Part shown: positions 47,490-55,062 of the stretch, one piece after another | Layout: each line of letters opens with the position of its first letter | How positions within the stretch are numbered: the stretch's first letter is position 1 | Assembly: GCA_004356825.1 (NCBI GenBank) | Contig: SMXC01000092.1 | Span: forward strand, 1 to 55,062 | Origin: Caldithrix sp. | GTDB lineage: Bacteria > Zhuqueibacterota > Zhuqueibacteria > Oceanimicrobiales > Oceanimicrobiaceae | Direction of reading: 5' to 3' | Length of the DNA stretch: 55,062 nt | Translations under genes and position numbers: made by a program | Notes under the pieces: model-generated | What the model was told of the DNA's origin: nothing | Database searches by the model: none | What the model saw: only the letters and a program-made list of their open reading frames with translations

Positions 47490-48506
47490 CTAATCCACAT
47501 ACTCGTCTCCATCGGTCTGACTCAAAGTAATTTCGCCGCGGGTTTCCATCTCTCTGATATTTTCGACAATGTTGACCTGCGCTTCCTCTACTTCGCGGAG
47601 ACGCACCGGACCCATATATTCGATTTCTTCCGCCAAAGCTTCCGACGCCTGCTGCGACATATTGGCGAATATTTTTTCTTTTAAGTCATCGGAGACAACT
47701 TTTAAGGCCATGGCAAGGGATTTGGAGTCAATGTTTTTGAGTATCTTCTGAATATCTTTATCCCGTAAGGTCGTTACATTTTCGAATACGAACATGAGAT
47801 TCTTAATTTCTGTCGCCAACTCCGGATCTTTTTGAATGAGTGTTTCCAAAATGTTGGTGTCAACCCCGCGGCTTGCAGAGTTTAAAATCTCGGCTAATGC
47901 TTTGGCGCCGCCACTTTTGCTCATCCGCGAACCGAAGGTTCCGCCCATTTGAGTCGTTAAAGCTTCCTCGATTTCCTGAAGCAGTTCCGGGGACGTTTTT
48001 CCCATGGTGGCCAGGCGGTAAGCGACCTCGCCTTGTAACTCTGTCGACAACTCGCTGATAATTCCCGCAGCTTGAGCGTATTTCATATTTGCCAGAATCA
48101 AGGCAATGGTCTGCGGATGTTCTTTTTGTAAATAGTTTAGGAGCTCAGCGGGATTAATCGACTGCAGCAATCTGAAACCGGTCACCTCAGTGGCAGATCT
48201 AACTTTTTTAATCAGTTTTTTTGCTCTGTCCAAACCATAGGCGCTTTCGAGCATATCCTGGGCATAAGTCAAACCACCTTTGGTGACAAATTTGTCGGCC
48301 AGCATCATTTCATAGTAATCCAGGACTATCTGGCTGACGATTTCGGATGGCAGGTTCTTTAGTTTAGCGATCTCAATTGTCACTTTCTCGACTTCATCAT
48401 CAGGAAGCAGTTTGAGCAAAGGCACGGATTTTTCTACGCCGATAGCAACAAGAAATACCGCGACTTTCTGAGGTCCTGTGAAAGTTTTAATATTGAATTG
48501 CTGCAT
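47490..48506 (-). CDS. fliG: Rotor protein FliG
   Basis: GPQKVAVFL, EHPQTIALIL, MFVFE, MGPVRLREVEEAQ. Confidence 0.98.
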   Translation of the reverse strand: MQQFNIKTFTGPQKVAVFLVAIGVEKSVPLLKLLPDDEVEKVTIEIAKLKNLPSEIVSQIVLDYYEMMLADKFVTKGGLTYAQDMLESAYGLDRAKKLIKKVRSATEVTGFRLLQSINPAELLNYLQKEHPQTIALILANMKYAQAAGIISELSTELQGEVAYRLATMGKTSPELLQEIEEALTTQMGGTFGSRMSKSGGAKALAEILNSASRGVDTNILETLIQKDPELATEIKNLMFVFENVTTLRDKDIQKILKNIDSKSLAMALKVVSDDLKEKIFANMSQQASEALAEEIEYMGPVRLREVEEAQVNIVENIREMETRGEITLSQTDGDEYVD

Positions 48507-48511
48507 AATCG

Positions 48512-50071
48512 TTATTCATCATCCCCATAAAGCCAATATTGTAAAATGTTTGCCGCCCTTGCTGGCTCCGACTGAGTAAACTCGGTAACATCGCCGGTAA
48601 TTTTTTCTTGCAGCTTTAATCTCTCTTTGGCCTCGTGAGATAATTTCTCGTTGTAATAATCGTCGGCATCATCCTCGGTCAGCATTTTCTGTTTTTTGTC
48701 AGCAGACTCTAAGCTGCTCAAAAGCTGGCCGCGTTGTCTTTTCATGTACTCGTCAAGTCCGAGCTTCTTGAAGAAGGATCGCAGCATAAAAAGCACTAGG
48801 ATAGCTCCGAGTCCCATCAGCGCAAATTTTATGATTTCATTGCGGTTCTCTTCTTGCTCGATCGATTCCAGTAGCTCCTTTTCACGATTAACTGTCGTCT
48901 GGTCAAAAGTCAGTTGGTTGACCACAATCTGATCATTTCGGTCATTTTGAAAACCGACCGAACTTTTGACTATTTCGGTAATCTTTTGAATTTCTTCGAC
49001 GGGACGAGGCACATTAATTTGATTGCCGTCTTGATCGACATCAGTAACACCATTTACAAAAACCGCAATTGAGAGATGCTTTATGTCACCGACACTGTTC
49101 TCGTATTGCTCAGTAACCTTGTTGAGCTCGTAGTTTGTAATCGAATTTTCACGCTGGAAATGAGTTGTGTCTGTACTGCTCGAACGCTCTTCATTTTTCT
49201 CTTCACTGAGCACAGCCGAATTTTCCGGATCTACTTTTTCTGTAGTTCGTCTGATCTTCTCGAAGTTCAAAGCAACAGAAATCTGGATAATTGAGTTGTT
49301 CACTCCAAGGACTTTATCCAACATTGACTGCGCTTTCTTGGCTAAATATTTTTCGACTTTTTGCTGAAGGTCATACTGACTTCGGCTCATGCCAATCTCA
49401 TCATCGTTGGACTCATTGTTTGTAAGGACATTGCCGAATGTGTCAATGATAATGATATTTTCTGTTTTGAGACCTTCAACGCTGCCGGCGATCAGTTGCT
49501 GAATTCCCGAAACCTGCTGTCGCTCTAAAGCAGAACGCGATCTTAGTTTAAGAATAACAGAGGCAGTTGTTTGGTTTTCCTCATCCTCAAACAAAGCTCG
49601 TTCCGGCATCACTAAGTGAACCCGAGCTTTCATCACCGCATCGATTTGATTTATAGTATTTGCCAGTTCGCCTTCAAGCGCACGTTTGAGATTCACTTTT
49701 TGCATGAAATCAGTGAGACCCAAATTATTCTTATCGAACAGTTCATACCCAACGGCGCCGGTGCTGATCATATTTTTACCGGCATATTTTATGCGCAGTT
49801 CATAAACATCCTTTTTCGGAACGAGAACGGTTGTGCCGCCATTTTTTAATTTGTAAGGAATACCGTTGCCTTTCAAATCATCGAGAATGTTGGAGACGTC
49901 TGAGGCATCTAAATTTGAGTACAACAGGCCATACTCCGGCCGGTTTGCCCAGGTCAAAATCATAAACATACAAATGATAGCAATTACCGTGAGTGCGGAA
50001 AAACCAATCTTTTGACCCGGCGTTAGCTGGCTTATTAGTTGCTTAATTTTTAGAATGAGTGCACTATTCAA
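48512..50071 (-). CDS. fliF: MS-ring protein
   Basis: LYSNL, VGYELFD, RALEGELANTI, ARVHLVMP; two TM. Confidence 0.98.
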   Translation of the reverse strand: MNSALILKIKQLISQLTPGQKIGFSALTVIAIICMFMILTWANRPEYGLLYSNLDASDVSNILDDLKGNGIPYKLKNGGTTVLVPKKDVYELRIKYAGKNMISTGAVGYELFDKNNLGLTDFMQKVNLKRALEGELANTINQIDAVMKARVHLVMPERALFEDEENQTTASVILKLRSRSALERQQVSGIQQLIAGSVEGLKTENIIIIDTFGNVLTNNESNDDEIGMSRSQYDLQQKVEKYLAKKAQSMLDKVLGVNNSIIQISVALNFEKIRRTTEKVDPENSAVLSEEKNEERSSSTDTTHFQRENSITNYELNKVTEQYENSVGDIKHLSIAVFVNGVTDVDQDGNQINVPRPVEEIQKITEIVKSSVGFQNDRNDQIVVNQLTFDQTTVNREKELLESIEQEENRNEIIKFALMGLGAILVLFMLRSFFKKLGLDEYMKRQRGQLLSSLESADKKQKMLTEDDADDYYNEKLSHEAKERLKLQEKITGDVTEFTQSEPARAANILQYWLYGDDE

Positions 50072-50091
50072 GGGGCTTTACCTAAATTAGT

Positions 50092-50388
50092 TTAAACCGG
50101 CATCCGGTTAACTTCTTGGTAAGCCTCAAGAAGTTTGTTGCGCATTTCCATCATAAATTGAAAGCTGAGCTGAGCTTCCTGGCCCGCTGCCATTACTTCG
50201 TGAAGATCTATGTTTTTACCAGCGATAAAATCCTTGGTAGATTGCGCCGAAACCTTTTGAAGTTCATCAACTTGATTTATCATCCCCTTTAGAGTATCCG
50301 CGAATTTAGGCGATTCGTTCTTTTTAAGCGGTTGACTATTTTGTTTCGCGAGTTGTGTGATCTGTTGTAAAGCATCAATTTTTGGCAT
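50092..50388 (-). CDS. fliE: Basal body protein FliE
   Basis: DLHEVM, RNKLLEAYQEVNRM. Confidence 0.96.
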   Translation of the reverse strand: MPKIDALQQITQLAKQNSQPLKKNESPKFADTLKGMINQVDELQKVSAQSTKDFIAGKNIDLHEVMAAGQEAQLSFQFMMEMRNKLLEAYQEVNRMPV

Positions 50389-50405
50389 TTTCTCTGACCT
50401 TGAAA

Positions 50406-50702
50406 TTAAATCTTTATATCAATAATTTGCCCCAACGGAGCGGTTTCTTTAGCTGCTTTTTTGTCCGGCTGATAAAACTTTAACATCGCTGCTTTGGCCT
50501 TTTCCACAGGTTCCGACAATTTTATCTGATTCACATGATTCAGTTTTTTCTGACTTGTAGCTTGCGCCTTTCCCCCGTTTGCAAAAATCTTCTGCAAAGG
50601 TGATTGCTCGACCCCGCGGCTTTTTAGCGCCGGCTTTGTTCTGTCAGCCGGTTCAGTCGGCCGGGTAATTGTTGGAAATTGTACCACTTTAATCTCTGGC
50701 AT
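50406..50702 (-). CDS. Small hypothetical protein between flgC and fliE
   Basis: Fills the gap exactly; C-terminal LGQIIDIKI. Confidence 0.7.
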   Translation of the reverse strand: MPEIKVVQFPTITRPTEPADRTKPALKSRGVEQSPLQKIFANGGKAQATSQKKLNHVNQIKLSEPVEKAKAAMLKFYQPDKKAAKETAPLGQIIDIKI

Positions 50703-50713
50703 TAGTTAGCTTT

Positions 50714-51214
50714 CTAAATCTCCAGCGAACGTTTAGCCAAATTCTTTGTTGCATTCATCACCGTGATATTTGCCTCATAGGCCCGGCTTGCGGAAATTAA
50801 CTCCAACATTTCGGTTACCACATTGATTTCCGGATAAGTCACAAACCCTTCCTCATCGGCGTCCGGATGATTCGGTTCATATATTTTCTTAAACACATCT
50901 ATCTCCTTGATTTCGGTTTTGATCCGGCTTGTACCATTCGGGCCAACTCCGGAGGCAGTGTAACTGCGTTTGGTAATATGTTGAGCGCTGGAAGTTTGCA
51001 GTTTAATTCTGGCTCTGTCAAGCGTTCTGGAAAAATGGAACTGCGGTGAGACAGCTTTTCTTGACAAAACTTTCCGTTTGTAGGGCGTACCGTCCAATGT
51101 GCGTGTTGTGTTTGCGTTGGCAATGTTTTCTGCGGTTGCTGAAAGCTGCCTTTTTTCAGCGCTTAGTGCTGAAGCGCTGATATTAAATGTTGAAAAGAAA
51201 TCTCTGATTCCCAT
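50714..51214 (-). CDS. flgC: Rod protein FlgC
   Basis: ENIANANTTR, YEPNHPDAD..G, ASRAYEAN. Confidence 0.97.
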   Translation of the reverse strand: MGIRDFFSTFNISASALSAEKRQLSATAENIANANTTRTLDGTPYKRKVLSRKAVSPQFHFSRTLDRARIKLQTSSAQHITKRSYTASGVGPNGTSRIKTEIKEIDVFKKIYEPNHPDADEEGFVTYPEINVVTEMLELISASRAYEANITVMNATKNLAKRSLEI

Positions 51215-51223
51215 TTTGTTCTC

Positions 51224-51616
51224 CTATCTTGAATGACCGCGAATAGCCGAACGAATAAATTCGTAAGCGCCACTCAATTTTCTTGTTGCGAACTCGAACC
51301 GGATCTGGTTTTTAGCCAACTCCGCCATTTCCTGTTCAATATTTACTTTTTCATTTTGGGTTGAAATTTTTGGCTGGATGCCTAGAACATCGCCGCCAAT
51401 AGTCATGTGCCGCGGGTCACTTTTCACGCCGACCGGTGCGCTTCTTTGCATGGCCCGCTGCAACTGGTTTTCAAAATCTACTTTATAAGGACGGTACCCC
51501 TTGGTTTGAACATTCGCGATATTTTTGGCGATTGCATTGTTTCTTTCCGAGTACGCGCTCAGGCTTTTCTTCAATAATGGCACCGTAGCCATTTTACTCA
51601 ATAGATTGAACGTCAT
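51224..51616 (-). CDS. flgB: Rod protein FlgB
   Basis: NIANVQTKGY, VNIEQEMAELAKNQI; AGGAG RBS before ATG 51616. Confidence 0.95.
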   Translation of the reverse strand: MTFNLLSKMATVPLLKKSLSAYSERNNAIAKNIANVQTKGYRPYKVDFENQLQRAMQRSAPVGVKSDPRHMTIGGDVLGIQPKISTQNEKVNIEQEMAELAKNQIRFEFATRKLSGAYEFIRSAIRGHSR

Positions 51617-51645
51617 GGTAACTCCTATTTTGTCACGCACTACCA

Positions 51646-51662
51646 GGCAAGTAATATGCCAA
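51646..51662 (-). promoter_or_regulatory. sigma54 promoter of the flgB operon
   Basis: TTGGCATATTACTTGCC. Confidence 0.85.
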
Positions 51663-51806
51663 ATAGTGAAAACTCACAAAATGGACTCTTAATTAAGAAT
51701 AACGTTTTTCTAACGCTTTATTTATTTGGAGTTTATAGCGGGTTTGGAGTGTCGCAAGGCAATTCCAGTGAGCACTGATTAATCCAATGACATATAAGTG
51801 CGAGTA

Positions 51807-51838
51807 GTAAAAACTTCGGGTGGTGTGGTAGTTTTTTC
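51807..51838. promoter_or_regulatory. Paired candidate enhancer boxes for flgB promoter
   Basis: GTAAAAACTTC (51807) and GTAGTTTTTTC (51828), 21 bp apart. Confidence 0.4.
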
Positions 51839-51993
51839 TAGATTTAAAGCGACCCGGCTGAAGCAAACTTTGCTCTCGTTCTCTCTCAAATGCGTCAATC
51901 GATGAGCTGGAGTCATTCCCGCGGCGAGGAGAGATTGGCATGAAGTTTAGGAAAGAGATATTAAAAAGTTAGGAAATAAATTTTGAAAGAATT

Positions 51994-53376
51994 CTACTCG
52001 GAGTCGTTTTCAAGTTCCAATCTGTACTGCAGAATTTTAGTCCGAAGTGTTTTGAGAGTAATACCGAGAATTTCAGCGGTTTTGGTTTTGTGATTATTGT
52101 GGCGTTTAAGTGTGCTGCTGATCAGACGTTTTTCCATTTCATTGATAGATAAATCTTCGCTTAGTGCTGAGTGCAGGCTCTTTTTCTGATTGGCTTCCAA
52201 CCAGTGGTCTGGCAGGTGAGTTTTTTTGATTCGGCCGCCCTCACGGCAGCTCAGCACGCTGCGCTGGATGACATTTTCAAGCTCACGAACATTCCCCGGC
52301 CAGTTGTAGTTGGAAAAATGAGCTATAACTTCCTCGTCCACTTCAGTGACATTCTTCGAATATTTCTCAGAATACTTTTTCACGAAATGATTACACAAGA
52401 ATGGAATATCATCTTTACGTTCACGCAATGGCGGAATTCGTACCGAAATTACATCCAGACGGAAAAACAGGTCCTGCCGGAACTTTTCTTCTGCAATTGC
52501 TTTCTGCACATCACAATTTGAAGTAGCAATAATACGCACATCAGTTCGTCTAATCTCGGTACTGCCCACCCTGGTAAATTCTCCCTCTTGCAAAACTCGT
52601 AAGAGTTTGGACTGTAAATGTGTAGGCATTTCAGTGACTTCGTCCAAAAGCAGGGTGCCCTCATGCGCCTCCTCAAAAACTCCCTTCACGGTCCGGATGG
52701 CGCCGGTAAAAGCGCCCTTTTCATGACCAAAGAGTTGACTTTCGATCAGGTTTTCGGGGATGGATGCACAATTCACTTTGATAAACGGTTTCGCTTTTCT
52801 TACGCTGTTATAATGAATGGCCGAGGCGATCAATTCTTTCCCGGTACCGTTTTCGCTTTGAATAAAAACCGCAGCGTCGCTTTCAAAAGCAATTTCAAGC
52901 GACTCGGTAAGTTCTCTAATTTTTTGATTTTCACCAATAAAATTTTTCAGGGAATACTTCTCTTTCAGGGCTCGCCTCAGACTGTTGTTTTCTTCCTCCA
53001 GGTCCTTGGTCTTAAAATATTTTTCAAGGCAAAATTTGATTTCATCTAAAGAAAAGGGTTTGGTGATGTAATCGTAAGCGCCTTTTTTCATCGCCTCAAC
53101 AGCTTGGTCGATGGTGCCGAATGCAGTCATCATAACGACTGGTGTTGAGGGCGATGTTTTTTTAATTTTCTCCAGAACCTCCATTCCGGAAATGGTCGGC
53201 ATGCGGATGTCGGTAAGTACCATATCGAAGGATTGCCGGGCGAGCTGCTCCACTGCTGATTCTCCCTCGGTTACAAGCGTCGCATCAAAATTCCACTTTT
53301 GCAGCGCCTCCTCGAGAGACGAACCGATAAGCGGCTCATCGTCCACGATCATAATTCTTTTTTTGGCGTTCGTCAT
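51994..53376 (-). CDS. sigma54-dependent response regulator (REC-AAA+-HTH; FleR/FlrC/FlgR-like)
   Basis: VDDE, TDIRMP, GHEKGAFTGA, LLDEV, WPGNVRELEN, Fis-type HTH. Confidence 0.95.
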   Translation of the reverse strand: MTNAKKRIMIVDDEPLIGSSLEEALQKWNFDATLVTEGESAVEQLARQSFDMVLTDIRMPTISGMEVLEKIKKTSPSTPVVMMTAFGTIDQAVEAMKKGAYDYITKPFSLDEIKFCLEKYFKTKDLEEENNSLRRALKEKYSLKNFIGENQKIRELTESLEIAFESDAAVFIQSENGTGKELIASAIHYNSVRKAKPFIKVNCASIPENLIESQLFGHEKGAFTGAIRTVKGVFEEAHEGTLLLDEVTEMPTHLQSKLLRVLQEGEFTRVGSTEIRRTDVRIIATSNCDVQKAIAEEKFRQDLFFRLDVISVRIPPLRERKDDIPFLCNHFVKKYSEKYSKNVTEVDEEVIAHFSNYNWPGNVRELENVIQRSVLSCREGGRIKKTHLPDHWLEANQKKSLHSALSEDLSINEMEKRLISSTLKRHNNHKTKTAEILGITLKTLRTKILQYRLELENDSE

Positions 53377-54164
53377 CTGTCCCCCGGTAGAATTACTGTG
53401 ACAGTAATTCCATGTTGATTTTGCTTTAAATGAATTTTGCCCCCGTGTTTCTCAAGAATTAGCCGGCTCGTTGGAAGTCCCAATCCCATGCCATTTGTTT
53501 TCGTTGTATAAAAAGGGTAGAAGGGTTTTTCCTCATTGTCTTCCGCAAGTCCCTGACCTTGATCAGAGATGCATAAGACAATTTGATTCTTTTGCTGTTT
53601 TTCCACCATCGCTATTTTTATCTCGCCGCCTTCCGGCATAAACTCAACTGAATTTTGAAGAATATTTTGTAATCCCTGCAGCATCAAATGTGAATCCAAA
53701 GTCAGAAAGATTTCGTTCATCGGCAAATGCAAAGAAAAGGCGTATTTGTTTTCATCGAGTTTGAATTCTTTTTTAATGTTCTCAATCGCCCTGTGGATGA
53801 TCTCCGAGAAATTACAATTCATCGTTTGCAGAACAACCGGCTTGCTGAATACGATGAGATTCTCTACGATGTTATCGATGCGATCGATACCTTGTAAAAT
53901 TCCCTGAAGGCTGCTTGACTGCATGATTTCCTGGTTATCCGAAAGGAGGTGGGCAAAATTAGCAATCCCGCCTAATGGGTTGCGGATTTCATGTGCCAGG
54001 TTACCGGCCATCTCTTTCAGGTATTCCCGCGGCACGATTTGAGTATCCTGGTAAGCCCCGAGCTGCTGCCACAACTTGCCATATGACTTCTGAATATCTC
54101 CAATCGATGAATTAAAACTTTCGAAGCTTTTTTCTATTTCAGAAATGAGTGTCTTTTCTTCCAT
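53373..54164 (-). CDS. Cytoplasmic histidine kinase without sensor domain (FlgS-like)
   Basis: Short coiled coil, AHEIRNPLGG, DQGQG, PFYTTK..GMGLGL; no TM. Confidence 0.92.
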   Translation of the reverse strand: MEEKTLISEIEKSFESFNSSIGDIQKSYGKLWQQLGAYQDTQIVPREYLKEMAGNLAHEIRNPLGGIANFAHLLSDNQEIMQSSSLQGILQGIDRIDNIVENLIVFSKPVVLQTMNCNFSEIIHRAIENIKKEFKLDENKYAFSLHLPMNEIFLTLDSHLMLQGLQNILQNSVEFMPEGGEIKIAMVEKQQKNQIVLCISDQGQGLAEDNEEKPFYPFYTTKTNGMGLGLPTSRLILEKHGGKIHLKQNQHGITVTVILPGDR

Positions 54165-54192
54165 GATAAGCTACTGTTAGGTGACTGCAATG

Positions 54193-54219
54193 TTATCGAC
54201 GGAAAGTTGGCTTCTCTTA
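54193..54219 (-). promoter_or_regulatory. Putative sigma28 promoter of the kinase/activator pair
   Basis: TAAG-N15-GTCGATAA ending 28 bp before the ATG. Confidence 0.65.
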
Positions 54220-54322
54220 ACCCGTTTTCCTTGACAAAAATCTTATTTTTGAGTTATTTAAACAGTGTTTTTAGATCAGCACATCTAACTATAGAATGTT
54301 AGACTTCTGCAAAATAGCTCAA

Positions 54323-54560
54323 ACGGACACAGAGAAGACTAAGGAACGCAGAACTTACAGAGCAAAAGCTTTAAATAAACGAGAAAACAGAGATGCCCGG
54401 CATGGAAGAGTAAACTTTTTTTCTGTAGTGAGAAGCCTGTAATAAGCATCTTTCAAGCTATCAGCTTTTCAGTCATCAGCTTGTAGCTTTTAAAACAGAT
54501 AATATTTGAAAAATAAATTAATCTCTGAGTTCTTTGTGATTCTCAGCGTTCTCTGTGTCC
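54323..54560. repeat. Intergenic inverted repeat enclosing a heptamer run
   Basis: ggacacagagaa...cagag / ctctg...ttctctgtgtcc; agctatc agctttt cagtcat cagcttg at ~54456-54490. Confidence 0.6.
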
Positions 54561-54605
54561 AAATTGTTTTTTACTCAAAATAATGTAAAAAAGGAGATTG
54601 AGAAA

Positions 54606-55062
54606 ATGGTGTGGAAATTAATCGCAATCAGTCTGACTCTTCGGTGCTTTATTCCCGGACTTTATGCACAGGATTTTCAGGTCGCCGTTAACTTTTTATT
54701 AGGCCAACCCAAAGACGAATTTAAAGAGAATGTCGAAGATTTTGGATTTGGCATCGGCGGTATGTTTGCCTTCCGTCCCGGTAATAGCCCGCTCCTGATC
54801 GGAGTCGACGTCGAGTACATGATTTACGGCAGCGAGACCCGCAAAGTGCCTTTTAGTCTCACCATCCCCGATGTAAACGGTTGAAGTTGAAACGCGAAAC
54901 AATATTTTACTCACCCATGCATTGTTGCGCCTGCAAGGCAACAGTGGAATCTTTCGACCCTATCTCGACGGGCTCATCGGCATGCATTACTTTTTCACGG
55001 AAACTAAAGTCAGCGATGAAGATGATTTCGGAGAAGAACCCATCGCTTCGTCTTTAAACCAC
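54606..55062 (+). pseudogene. Outer-membrane beta-barrel-like protein, frameshifted, runs off window
   Basis: Signal peptide, FGFGIGGMF, VPFSLTIPDV then one extra A (~54876); other frame continues TVEVETRNNILLTHALLRLQ..RPYLDGLIGMHYFFTET. Confidence 0.75.

Noticed and set aside
45446-50071. Non-flagellar injectisome T3SS
   Set aside because: Rod, hook, P/L ring, stator and FliG genes show a flagellar system; no secretin or needle genes
51693-51941. 82-aa ORF upstream of flgB
   Set aside because: No family features or RBS; covers the enhancer/promoter region
16070-53401. Numerous plus-strand ORFs of 60-185 aa within the flagellar cluster
   Set aside because: Antisense shadows of well-supported minus-strand genes with no recognisable motifs

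Overview
Bacterial window (probably an FCB-related lineage such as KSB1/Calditrichota-like; this is inferred from gene style only). Bases ~11.7-54.2 kb are one minus-strand flagellar supercluster: kinase + sigma54 activator, flgBC-orf-fliEFGHIJ-motE-like-fliK-flgD-TIGR02530-flgE-motAB-fliL-fliN-fliOPQR-2x HD-GYP-flhBAF-orf-fliA-orf-AMIN protein, then flgFGAHI-flgJ(SLT)-flgN-flgKL-TPR-2x GT2/TPR. The left part holds ssb, a nucleoside salvage operon (cdd-udk-SRPBCC pseudogene-tdk-nupC), a GT-C glycosyltransferase, pyruvoyl arginine decarboxylase, a hydrolase and frameshifted remnants. Most unusual points: (1) a 918-aa FliK built from about six tandem FliK-C-like modules; (2) no fliM, flhG, flgM, fliC/D/S or che genes in the cluster; (3) matching sigma28-type promoters in front of the kinase/sigma54 activator (suggesting a feedback or inverted hierarchy) and in front of an orphan degenerate HATPase-only gene; (4) sigma54 promoters with shared paired upstream boxes, including one on an uncharacterised exported protein outside the cluster; (5) a two-hairpin RNA element between the TIGR02530 gene and flgE; (6) tandem HD-GYP genes inside the export-gate operon and a PomAB-like (Na+) stator. 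Many intergenic gaps carry degenerate palindromic repeats.
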